This document shows positions 1 to 7,672 of a DNA stretch of 23,106 nt, piece by piece. The stretch lies in contig CAZGNL010000080.1 of NCBI GenBank assembly GCA_964527475.1, forward strand, positions 1-23,106, in the 5' to 3' direction. This DNA comes from an uncultured Syntrophaceae bacterium (GTDB lineage Bacteria > Desulfobacterota > Desulfomonilia > Desulfomonilales > Desulfomonilaceae). The notes beneath the pieces are model-generated. The model was given only the letters and a program-made list of their open reading frames with translations, ran no database searches and was not told the DNA's origin. How positions within the stretch are numbered: position 1 is the first letter of the stretch; the number at the start of each line of letters is the position of its first letter. Made by a program: the position numbers and the translations under genes.

Positions 1-35
1 TGCAGGTCTGCTCTACGTGGTACCAGTTAGGAAAA

Positions 36-59
36 GGGCTACGCATGCGTAGCCCCTAC
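36..59 (-). repeat. REP-like palindromic unit (gggctacgcatgcgtagcccctac; reverse complement starts GTAGGGGC)
   Basis: Near-perfect palindrome centred on GCATGC with a terminal GTAG. Same family as the copies at 2838, 3771, 3902, 5028 and 22758. Confidence 0.6.
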
Positions 60-218
60 TGCCGGGACCCGGCGCTGTACGGGTGCTTTCATGCTTGCTT
101 GTGCCTTTCTCCAGGCATGACCGTGGAGAAAAAAGGGAGTTCAGCCGTCCTTTGTTGTCGCAACCTCGGATCGGATGGCATATAATAGATGGCAACAAGG
201 ATCAGGAATGGGGGCGGC

Positions 219-854
219 ATGAATGCTCTGAAGACGGCTTTTTTGGTGACGGTGATTGCAACGGTGTGCTGTGTGTTATTCAGCCCGGGGAGCGCTCTCG
301 GGGCCGGCGACACAGGCGCGAGAGTCCTGGGAGTGGAATTCCAGCCTCTTCGGCCCATGACCGGCGATCATTTGAAGGTGAATATCAACTTCAGCGAGGA
401 GGTGGTCAGGGCCGACTTCAAGTGGCTGATTAACGGTGAAGAAGCGGATGCTGTGGACCTGGATGAAACGGATACCGTTGTAAAGCTTGAGAGGGCGATA
501 GCATCCGGGGACAAGATAGAGGTCACGATCACGCCCTACGACGAAGAGGGAGCCCCGGGGCCCATGTTCACGAAGAAGACCTCGTGCGGCAATGCCGGAC
601 CGGAAATGAAGCTTGTTCGACAAAACCTGACGGGGGAGACGTACGAGGCGGAAGTGGAGGCCGTGGATCCCGAAGGGGGCAAGGTGGCCTTGACCCTCAA
701 ACAGGGCCCTCCCGGCATGAAGCTGCGCCAGGACGGGAGGATAACGTGGGAGCTGGACGCGGGCGCCTCAGGAAAATTCCCGGTGAAGGTTTCCGCCAAA
801 GACGAAGCCGGCGCGGAAACCATTCTCTCGTTCAGCTTTTCCATAAACAGGTGA
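219..854 (+). CDS. Secreted hypothetical protein (Sec signal peptide, beta-rich Ig-like repeats). Possible accessory protein of the downstream minor-pilin cluster.
   Basis: ORF 189..854. The N-terminus MNALKTAFLVTVIATVCCVLFSPGSALGAGD is a classic n-h-c signal peptide with an AXA-like site. The ATG at 219 is preferred over 189. The gene lies directly upstream of pilV/W/X on the same strand. Confidence 0.5.
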   Translation: MNALKTAFLVTVIATVCCVLFSPGSALGAGDTGARVLGVEFQPLRPMTGDHLKVNINFSEEVVRADFKWLINGEEADAVDLDETDTVVKLERAIASGDKIEVTITPYDEEGAPGPMFTKKTSCGNAGPEMKLVRQNLTGETYEAEVEAVDPEGGKVALTLKQGPPGMKLRQDGRITWELDAGASGKFPVKVSAKDEAGAETILSFSFSINR

Positions 855-901
855 CACCTGGTAGGAATGGCGCTATTCGACTGGGGAGTAAGGATCGAAC
901 C

Positions 902-1318
902 ATGATTATATCCGTCCGGTCCAATGCAGGATTCAGCGTATTGGAGGTAATGGTGGCGTTCGGCATACTCGCCATCGGCATGTTGGGTGTTGGCACAATG
1001 CTCACGACGTCCATGAAAGAGGATCAGTATGCCACTCAGACGCGGTTCGGTGATTTTGCGGCCATGGACGAAATTGAACTGCTAAAGGCCGACTCCGTTG
1101 ACGCGCCCCCGGAGTCAGACTCAATCAGCCCATTCAAGCATGACGGCAGAGACACCGCGGTCTATTACCGTGTTGACGTCACTGCGGACAACCCGTCCAC
1201 CCAACTGGATCGCATAGACATCACCGTCGGTTGGGGAGGCACGAATTGCAAGTCCAGCATCAACAACTGCAAGTACAAGTCGACAGTAACCAATTTCGTG
1301 CCAAGGTCCGGCCTGTAA
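902..1318 (+). CDS. pilV: Type IV pilus minor pilin, PilV-like (prepilin-type N-terminal cleavage/methylation domain)
   Basis: An internal ATG of ORF 584..1318 gives MIISVRSNAG|FSVLEVMVAFGILAIGMLG, the canonical G-F-x-x-x-E prepilin motif followed by a hydrophobic helix. It is about 139 aa, typical for PilV. Confidence 0.65.
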   Translation: MIISVRSNAGFSVLEVMVAFGILAIGMLGVGTMLTTSMKEDQYATQTRFGDFAAMDEIELLKADSVDAPPESDSISPFKHDGRDTAVYYRVDVTADNPSTQLDRIDITVGWGGTNCKSSINNCKYKSTVTNFVPRSGL

Positions 1319-1334
1319 GGCTTCCAGGGAGCAG

Positions 1335-2222
1335 ATGATGGATGATCACAAGGGGTTTACGATTGTGGAGCTTCTGGTGGCTACTGCGCTGCTCGCGCTG
1401 GTCGTTGCGGCCGCGGCATCATTTTTCAGGTATCAGAGCGCCTACGGGAAGTACCTTTCAAAGGAGAAGTCGTTTCGCGAAGAAGTATCCATGGCCATGT
1501 TCATGATCAGGAACGACATCATGAACGCGGGATATGCTGTCGCGGACGAGCGCAAGCTGGCTTTGTATGTGGATGGTGGAGGAACCGATTACTACGAAAA
1601 GCTCTTTATCAATTTCGGGAAGTGCATAGAAGAGAACCTGACCACCAGTGCCTACTTGCCATCGGTCTTTAAGAAGTACGCTTATTCTTCGGGCGCGGAC
1701 CTGCAGAGCTTCATGGCGAGTTACCTTGACGGCAAGTACAGCGACAATGACACGACAGCGCTCCTCATCGGGCTCACAGATGGGGCGGGGTACGTCACCA
1801 ATGTGAGTTGGATGGGTCTGGACTATTCCCCGGCTGGCGGAGGGAAATTCACCGAATCCGGATCTACCGACGACAACTATTTGTACGCGCCCGCGGTCTC
1901 ATACGAGCTCAAAGATAAATGTCTCAAACGCAACGGGCAGATCATACTCGGTGGGGGCCCGCTTTTTGAGGTGACCGGTTTCTATATCAACGTACAGTTC
2001 ATTGATGCCGCATTGGCAACCTTCTGGGTGCCCGATCCCGTGAAAGGGGGATTCAGCAGCCAGGATCCGACCGGATTAAGGCGTATCAAAGTGGAAACCA
2101 GGTACCGATTCAAACGTGGCGAGACCCGAAAAGAAGGTGGCTCGTGGCTGCCCCAATGGTCTCCCACGTTCTCGAGAATCATGCACGTTGCGCCCAGGAC
2201 CCTGATTCTGAGTGCGTACTAG
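1335..2222 (+). CDS. pilW: Type IV pilus assembly protein PilW-like minor pilin
   Basis: MMDDHKG|FTIVELLVATALLALVV prepilin N-terminus. About 295 aa, and its position after pilV matches the fimU-pilVWX order. Confidence 0.6.
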   Translation: MMDDHKGFTIVELLVATALLALVVAAAASFFRYQSAYGKYLSKEKSFREEVSMAMFMIRNDIMNAGYAVADERKLALYVDGGGTDYYEKLFINFGKCIEENLTTSAYLPSVFKKYAYSSGADLQSFMASYLDGKYSDNDTTALLIGLTDGAGYVTNVSWMGLDYSPAGGGKFTESGSTDDNYLYAPAVSYELKDKCLKRNGQIILGGGPLFEVTGFYINVQFIDAALATFWVPDPVKGGFSSQDPTGLRRIKVETRYRFKRGETRKEGGSWLPQWSPTFSRIMHVAPRTLILSAY

Positions 2223-2253
2223 CCTGATAAACGACCCAGGAACGGTGAAACCA

Positions 2254-2796
2254 ATGAATAGCCAAAAAGGAAGCGCAGTAGCAATTGTTTTGATGTTCCT
2301 GGCGGTGGTGAGTCTGCTCGGTGTAGGTCTTCTCACCCAGTCCAGGCTGGACCACAAGTTGACCGCGTCAATCAAGAGTTATTACAAGATGTTCAGCCTG
2401 GCCGATGGGGGATCCGCCATAGCTTTCAAGGATCTGAAGCTCTTTTCCAGAGAACTGCCCTATCCCTTGTCGTCCCCTCTCAATGACGAGGGCCACACTT
2501 CCCGTTACTATGTGAAGAACTCAGCCGGGACTGACATCAAGAACATGAGGGTGGACACGAGCCGATCAGACTCGGAGCTTTACTTAGCCTGCGTGATGCT
2601 CAACGGATACAGCACGGAACCTGCGGACTCTGAAGGATGGGAGGTCGGAACGTTCTACCCGGAGTACTGGGTCGGGGAAGGGAAAGGGAAACGGCGCTTC
2701 CTCTTTGGGGGTACCGGCGCGTTTACGGGAACGGACTCCGACTCGCTGTCCTCCATTGTACACGCCCATGTGCGCAAGATGAAGCAAAGCCACTGA
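2254..2796 (+). CDS. pilX: PilX-like minor pilin (N-terminal hydrophobic helix without a canonical cleavage site)
   Basis: The ATG at 2254 inside ORF 2212..2796 gives MNSQKGSAVAIVLMFLAVVSLLGVGLL, a PilX-type N-terminus. It overlaps the pilW stop and sits after pilW. Confidence 0.5.
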   Translation: MNSQKGSAVAIVLMFLAVVSLLGVGLLTQSRLDHKLTASIKSYYKMFSLADGGSAIAFKDLKLFSRELPYPLSSPLNDEGHTSRYYVKNSAGTDIKNMRVDTSRSDSELYLACVMLNGYSTEPADSEGWEVGTFYPEYWVGEGKGKRRFLFGGTGAFTGTDSDSLSSIVHAHVRKMKQSH

Positions 2797-2837
2797 AGCC
2801 GGGCAAAGCCGCGGGCCGCGCATGCGGCCCTTCCTGC

Positions 2838-2932
2838 GTAGGGGCGTAGCATGCTACGCCCTCTTCGATACCCGGGAAATAACGGAACTCGAATTGCAAA
2901 CCGCCTGTTGGGGCCTTATCCCCCCATTGCAA
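2838..2932 (+). repeat. REP-headed ~95-bp repeat element, copy A (gtaggggcgtagcatgctacgccctcttc plus a conserved tail ggaactcgaattgcaaacc...cccccattgc)
   Basis: Aligns along its whole length with 3771-3863. It begins with a GTAG palindrome centred on GCATGC. Confidence 0.65.
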
Positions 2933-2935
2933 CCG

Positions 2936-3589
2936 TCAATCGACCCACCGCACAAATTCCTTCCGGGGGGCCCTCGGGGATCGGAATTCGTTAATTGCAG
3001 CTTCCTGTTTAGGCCGACCCAGGGCCACCGCGAGTATCAACCTCTTGGAATCGGGTATATTGAGATGATCTCTGATATCCTCTTCATATGATGTCACCAG
3101 ACCAATAGGGCACGAGGCAAGGCCGTGGCCTTCAGCGGCAAGCACCAGGTAAGCCGCAAGTAGGCCGATATCGGTCATTCGCTCGGAGGGGAACGCCTCA
3201 TCCAGGAAGAGAAGCGCCACAGCCGGGGCGCCGTAAAAATCCAGGCTCCCCTCATTGATGTACGTCTTGAAGTCGGTTCCCATCTGCTCTATCAGCGGGG
3301 TCATCCCGTCCGCGCATTCCCTGCCTCTTTGCACAAAGATGTCCGGCAGAGGCCGGCTCGCTCCAGGGCTACAGGTAAGCCCGAGTTCAGAGTAGGCCCG
3401 CATGAGTCTCCGCGTCAGTCTCTTGCGCTCCTCACCCAGCACCACGTGGACCTCCCACGGCTGCATGTTGATAGCCGAAGGCGCTCTACCCGCGTCTTCC
3501 AGAACCTGTTCCAGTAGTTCCCGAGAAATCGGCTCGTCTGCAAAAGCTCGAACGCTTCGACGCGTCCTGATGGTTTCAAGAAGATTCAT
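2936..3589 (-). CDS. Nitroreductase family protein (NAD(P)H-flavin oxidoreductase-like)
   Basis: MNLLETIRTRRSVRAFADEP...INMQPWEVHVV are nitroreductase-family hallmark motifs. A strong RBS (AGGAGA) lies upstream of the ATG at 3589. The last ~20 codons run into the REP-like element at 2838-2932. Confidence 0.8.
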   Translation of the reverse strand: MNLLETIRTRRSVRAFADEPISRELLEQVLEDAGRAPSAINMQPWEVHVVLGEERKRLTRRLMRAYSELGLTCSPGASRPLPDIFVQRGRECADGMTPLIEQMGTDFKTYINEGSLDFYGAPAVALLFLDEAFPSERMTDIGLLAAYLVLAAEGHGLASCPIGLVTSYEEDIRDHLNIPDSKRLILAVALGRPKQEAAINEFRSPRAPRKEFVRWVD

Positions 3590-3618
3590 GAATCTCTCCT
3601 TATATAGCAGTTGCTAAA

Positions 3619-3720
3619 AGTTCTGACCGAATGGCAGGCTGGAAAGCCTGCCGCACATGGCTGATTCTCAGAGCAATCGGAAATTACTTTTGGCAATCAC
3701 TATAGCAACGGTCACCTGTA
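3619..3720 (+). repeat. ~95-bp hairpin repeat, copy 1 (core hairpin ggcaggct-ggaa-agcctgcc at 3633-3652)
   Basis: About 75% identical over ~95 bp to 14170-14265. Both copies share agttct...ttggcaggctggaaagcctgcc(c/g)cac...aatc(c/g)gaaat...cacta. Confidence 0.55.
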
Positions 3721-3770
3721 ATAAGGGACAATGAACTATGAAAAAGGCGGCAACGCGCCGGGTCCCTGGC

Positions 3771-3929
3771 GTAGGGGCGACGCATGCGTCGCCCTCTTCA
3801 CCCGAGGGGAAATATCGGAACCCGAATTGCCACCGCGCGTGTTGGGATCTATTCCCCCATTCCGGCGTTTATGTTCATGGCAACCGGTTCATGAACATCA
3901 TAAGAGGGCGCAGCATGCGGTGCCCCTAC
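3771..3929. repeat. BIME-like composite: a REP unit at 3771-3799 (+) and an inverted REP unit at 3902-3929, flanking a conserved tail and a 9-bp-stem hairpin (atgttcatg...catgaacat)
   Basis: gtaggggcgacgcatgcgtcgccctcttc ... aagagggcgcagcatgcggtgcccctac. The left half is homologous to 2838-2932. Confidence 0.65.
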
Positions 3930-4047
3930 GCCTGTCCCCACAGTTGTTGCCGGGAATATCTTGTGAGCCCCCCCGCAACGGTTCAGGCCGTGAAGATAAC
4001 CCCGGAGTGGGATGGGGCGAGGGTTGCAGGGAGCCGCGGCCGCGCAA

Positions 4048-4740
4048 TCAAGGCTTGGCCAGCTCAATGGGCTTCACTTTACCTGTGGGGGCCACGTCGA
4101 TTTTGTAGTATCTGTTATACTTCCAGCTATCGGAACCCTTATCATAGAACCAATCATAGGCGGATCTTAGCCTGAGATTCTGGGTGCTGGGACTGGTGGG
4201 CCTGGGGTCTGTGGCGGGGTCATGGTCTACAAACGCGTACCCGAACTGATTGAACCAAATCGTTGGATTGTTGCTCCATCCGCTTGAGTCCCCCATTTCG
4301 TAGACTTGCCTGTCGTTGGTCGCCTTATTGTTTGAATAGGTAAAAAGCAGTGCGTTTTGTGGCAGTGGATTCGTGCTGGTGCTGTCCTCACCTACACTGT
4401 AATCGGCCGTCTCCGACCTGTCGAGCTCCTTGAACCTCAGACTCGTCCATCTTTGCGTGCCAATGGCCCGAGCCCTGGCCAGGTTCACGGCGTTTGGTAT
4501 GGCGGCCTTGAACTTGCTCAACTTGTAAGCTCTGTAGAAGCCCTGTGAGTACATTAAGGTGAAAACCACCGCAATGCCGATTATGGCACATACGACCAGA
4601 AGTTCCGGGAGCACGAAGCCCTTGGAACCCCGTCTCCTGTCGACACGGGGAGTGCTGGGATGCGATCGGTTGTCTACGACGGAAATCAGATCCGTTTTGC
4701 GCGACAAAGAAAAAACCTTGCGGGCCGTGATTAGAGTCAT
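4048..4740 (-). CDS. Prepilin-type N-terminal cleavage/methylation domain protein (pseudopilin/minor pilin, FimT/GspH-like) with an unusually long leader
   Basis: ...RRRGSKG|FVLPELLVVCAIIGIAVVF is a canonical prepilin site. The nearest in-frame ATG with a good RBS (GAGGTGG) is at 4740 and gives a ~41-aa leader. The alternative start is 4788. Confidence 0.55.
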   Translation of the reverse strand: MTLITARKVFSLSRKTDLISVVDNRSHPSTPRVDRRRGSKGFVLPELLVVCAIIGIAVVFTLMYSQGFYRAYKLSKFKAAIPNAVNLARARAIGTQRWTSLRFKELDRSETADYSVGEDSTSTNPLPQNALLFTYSNNKATNDRQVYEMGDSSGWSNNPTIWFNQFGYAFVDHDPATDPRPTSPSTQNLRLRSAYDWFYDKGSDSWKYNRYYKIDVAPTGKVKPIELAKP

Positions 4741-4904
4741 GAGGACCACCTCTTGTGTTCCGATCCGCCCTAAATAACATACTGCCACACCGCGGATTTC
4801 AGGTCAAGTGTGCTGCCGGTTTGATCGTAACCCTCAGTCTCCGGGGGCTTTGAAGGTGAGGGCAGACACATAGAGCCTGCCCCCCCCGGACGCCGATCCG
4901 GGGT

Positions 4905-5058
4905 CTGCCCCTACGTCGGGGCCCTGACTCCTCGTGGGGCAAAGTGTAGGGGCGTACCTGTGAAAGTGTATCAAAACCTGAAAACACAACCAAATCGTGC
5001 CACGATCTGTGCATGGCGCAGCCAAGCGTAGGGGCGCACCTGTGTGTGCGCCCTCTTG
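4905..5058. repeat. Cluster of REP-like palindromes (cccctacgtcgggg at 4907-4920; gtaggggcgtacctg at 4946; gtaggggcgcacctgtgtgtgcgccctcttg at 5028-5058)
   Basis: GTAGGGGCG-headed palindromes in the divergent intergenic region between the pseudopilin and the TPR gene. Confidence 0.55.
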
Positions 5059-5327
5059 CCATCCGTTGAACGCAGGAACGTGGTTGTTCCCGTCGCCCCC
5101 CGAATGACTGAGGGGTTAGGTTTCATCTTGGCCCGGTTTCCTTGCCAAAAGGTCCCAAAACGAGTATACATCACTGTTGTGACGGCCCGGCAATAGCTGG
5201 ATTCCCGCGCCTGCCCGGGATTCCGATCCGGGGTTCGCCGGAATGACGATAATAGGTTCCGGCAAGCTCTCAGGATCCATGAGTTGTAGTACCAATTTCG
5301 TGACGGGCCCTAAGCTCAGGAGAAGCT

Positions 5328-6545
5328 ATGCGGTTGAAGATCTTGTTTCCAGTCATTGTTTTGGTGTTTTCATGTGGAATGGGCACGGTGTGGGCCCAAG
5401 TTTTTGCCGATTACTTCAGAACCGGGCTCGATCGGCAAGATGCCGGGAAGCTGAAAGAGGCCCTGAAACATTTTTCTGAAGCCGTCAAGCTTGAACCGGG
5501 TTCCGCGCGAGCCTGGGCAAAACGTGGGGAAGTCAATCTCGGGCTGAACAAGCCTCGAGACGCTATCGGCGATTTGCTCAAGGCTGTTGAGTTGGATCCG
5601 GCGTACTCAGCGGCTCTGGGGCGCCTCGGGTTCGCGTATAACGCAATAAATGAGTACGACAAGGCCATTGCCGTACTTGATCTGGCGATCAAGCTGGACC
5701 CCATGTCCGGTGAGGCGCTCAATACCAGGGGATTTGCGTTCAACGGCAAGCACGACTACGGACCTGCGATCAAGGACTTTGACAAAGCCATCCGTGTTAA
5801 TCCGAAAGATCCCCGATTCTACAACAATCGTGGGTACGCGCTCAACGGATTGCGCGAGTACGATCGCGCGATCACGAATCTTCGACGGGCCATCAAGCTG
5901 AATCCCAAGAACGCGATGTTCCACAACAATCTGGGCGTGTCTTTCCTGAGAAAACAGGAGTACGATAAGGCCATCGGGTCTTTTGACACGGCGATCAGCA
6001 TAAATTCCAGGTTCGCGTCAGCCTACCACAACAAAGGAATGGCCTACAGCGGAAAAGGGCGAGACGAAAAGGCTGTGGAAGAGTTCAACAAAGTCATAGA
6101 AATGAACCCCTCATCGCCCCTCCTGTACAAGGATCGTGGCACAGCTTACATGAAGATGGGCGATTATGACCTGGCGGTCAAAGACCTGCAAAAGGCAATC
6201 AAATTGGACAAGAACTTTGCGCCTGCTCACGCGGCTCAGGGGCTGCTCCATGCAATGGCCAAAGACAAGAATTTTCGCATGCCTCGTCAAGCGCTGGCGT
6301 ACGCTGAAAAAGCCGTCAAACTCAGCCAAGGTAAGGGTCTGGATATATTGGCAAACCTGGCCCAGGTGCAGTATGCGCTCAACCGGAAGAGGGATGCCGT
6401 GAAAACGCTCCGCAAGGTGCTTGTCATGGATCCCGGTAACGACCAATATCGACTTCTGTTGGAGAAGTGGGGTGCCGAACCTCCCGTCTCCGTGGGGCCC
6501 CCCGCGCGTCCGCGGCCGAAGAAGCGCATGCCGAATTACTGGTAG
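5328..6545 (+). CDS. Secreted TPR-repeat protein
   Basis: Signal peptide MRLKILFPVIVLVFSCGMGTVWA|Q, then at least eight 34-aa repeats with the TPR signature (A/G-x-x-x-Y, DKAI..L..AI.L.P). RBS AGGAGAAG 5 nt upstream. Confidence 0.85.
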   Translation: MRLKILFPVIVLVFSCGMGTVWAQVFADYFRTGLDRQDAGKLKEALKHFSEAVKLEPGSARAWAKRGEVNLGLNKPRDAIGDLLKAVELDPAYSAALGRLGFAYNAINEYDKAIAVLDLAIKLDPMSGEALNTRGFAFNGKHDYGPAIKDFDKAIRVNPKDPRFYNNRGYALNGLREYDRAITNLRRAIKLNPKNAMFHNNLGVSFLRKQEYDKAIGSFDTAISINSRFASAYHNKGMAYSGKGRDEKAVEEFNKVIEMNPSSPLLYKDRGTAYMKMGDYDLAVKDLQKAIKLDKNFAPAHAAQGLLHAMAKDKNFRMPRQALAYAEKAVKLSQGKGLDILANLAQVQYALNRKRDAVKTLRKVLVMDPGNDQYRLLLEKWGAEPPVSVGPPARPRPKKRMPNYW

Positions 6546-6624
6546 CCGCTGCGCGCGCCTTGATATGGGCATTGCCAAAATTCCTGTCTAATTGGAAAGT
6601 GGCCCCCGCACATAGGCAAGATCC

Positions 6625-6914
6625 CCCCTTGCCCCATAGGCGTTAACTTAGGATGGTTGGCTTGAATATTCCGGAGGAATATTTGATAGTAGCCCGGCGA
6701 TTCATCGCCGGGTATGAGCGTCACTAGCAAGGATCTAGTCCCGGAGGGACGGCTGAATTCAGACAAGCAAGGAATAAATTTCAGTCGTCCCTCCGGGACT
6801 CATGCGTCCTTGTATTTCGGCGAGAAACCGGCAATGAATTGCCGGCCTACTATCTCAGCGTCCCTCCGGGACACATTGGATTCCAGCGATAAGTTAACGC
6901 ACATGCCCCTTGCC
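6625..6914. mobile_element. MITE-like non-autonomous element (~250 bp) with 11-bp terminal inverted repeats (gcgttaactta / taagttaacgc) and a putative 9-bp target-site duplication ccccttgcc
   Basis: TIRs at 6640-6650 and 6890-6900. An identical ccccttgcc lies at 6625-6633 and 6906-6914. The interior carries multiple strong hairpins (gtcccggagggacg/cgtccctccgggac, cccggcgattcatcgccggg, gccggcaatgaattgccggc). Confidence 0.55.
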
Positions 6915-7035
6915 TCCCTTTGTCAAAGGGGGTTGGTGGGAGGGATTTTCCCTGTGTGAGCATCGGAACCGGATCTGAAATACCGGAAACTTGTTGGACA
7001 CTTGCCGTAGGCGACGGCACTCAGCGGAAAGAACT

Positions 7036-7599
7036 ATGCCCGAATTCGGAATGAACGACACTGTCCGAGCATATGTCAAAGAGCATGTGAACCGCGAAGT
7101 CGGGGACCTGGACCGGGAATCGTCGAGCAAAGTCAGTTTGCGCTTCGAGAAGGCGTTTTCCTTGCTGCCTCAAGAGGTCCTGAATCTGTTTGTATCAGGC
7201 GCGAGACCTCTTACCATCAGAATCATGCCTGACACGAGAGTCCCACTGGGAATGCGTACCACCAGCCGAGGGCCTCATGGGGCCCGCACGTATACCATTG
7301 TTCTGTACCATGAACATCTGAGTATGGAGGAGAACCGCTTTATCGGGTCGTTCCTGAGGGAATTGGGCCACGTGGTGATTCAGGGCCCCCCTGAAAGTGA
7401 ATGGCCTGCTTCCAAGGCGCAGAGGGCTCAACTAAAGGAATTGCTCGAATTACGGGCGGACGCCGCTGTTTGGAGCTGGGGCCTCAGACACTACAGCATG
7501 GCCCACCTTTGGGGCGCGTATCCGCCTCACGTAGTAGAGAGGATAATAGCCGACATCGAGCGACTGTTAAGAGAAGAAGGGTCCATCGGCGCCGATTAG
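7036..7599 (+). CDS. Hypothetical protein (possible degenerate ImmA/IrrE-type metallopeptidase-like fold: YHEHL ... RELGH)
   Basis: Long ORF 6991..7599, convergent with the flotillin gene. Starts are possible at 7036 or 7051. No confident family assignment. Confidence 0.45.
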   Translation: MPEFGMNDTVRAYVKEHVNREVGDLDRESSSKVSLRFEKAFSLLPQEVLNLFVSGARPLTIRIMPDTRVPLGMRTTSRGPHGARTYTIVLYHEHLSMEENRFIGSFLRELGHVVIQGPPESEWPASKAQRAQLKELLELRADAAVWSWGLRHYSMAHLWGAYPPHVVERIIADIERLLREEGSIGAD

Positions 7600-7623
7600 C
7601 GCCAAGGGAGTGACCATTCAGTT

Positions 7624-7658
7624 TCGGGGGGGCGTTTTTGCAAAAAAGCCTCCCCCGG
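7624..7658. terminator. Bidirectional rho-independent terminator between convergent genes
   Basis: cgggggggcg-tttttgcaaaaaa-gcctcccccg: a GC stem around a palindromic ttttgcaaaa loop, giving T-runs on both strands. It lies between the 7599 (+) and 7767 (-) gene ends. Confidence 0.6.
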
Positions 7659-7672
7659 TGAACTCTTATACC

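Noticed and set aside
584-901. N-terminal 106-codon extension of the PilV ORF (MRQCRTGNEA..., G/R-rich)
   Set aside because: It overlaps the upstream secreted-protein gene in another frame. The prepilin leader has to be short, and the ATG at 902 gives the canonical leader.
3738-4175. 145-aa ORF MKKAATRRVPGVGATHASPSS... and the similar ORFs 2822..3091, 22574..22957 and 83..433
   Set aside because: They are read straight through REP/BIME palindromes. Their GATHASP-type peptides are simply translations of gtaggggcgacgcatgcgtcgcc in various frames, so they are repeat artefacts.
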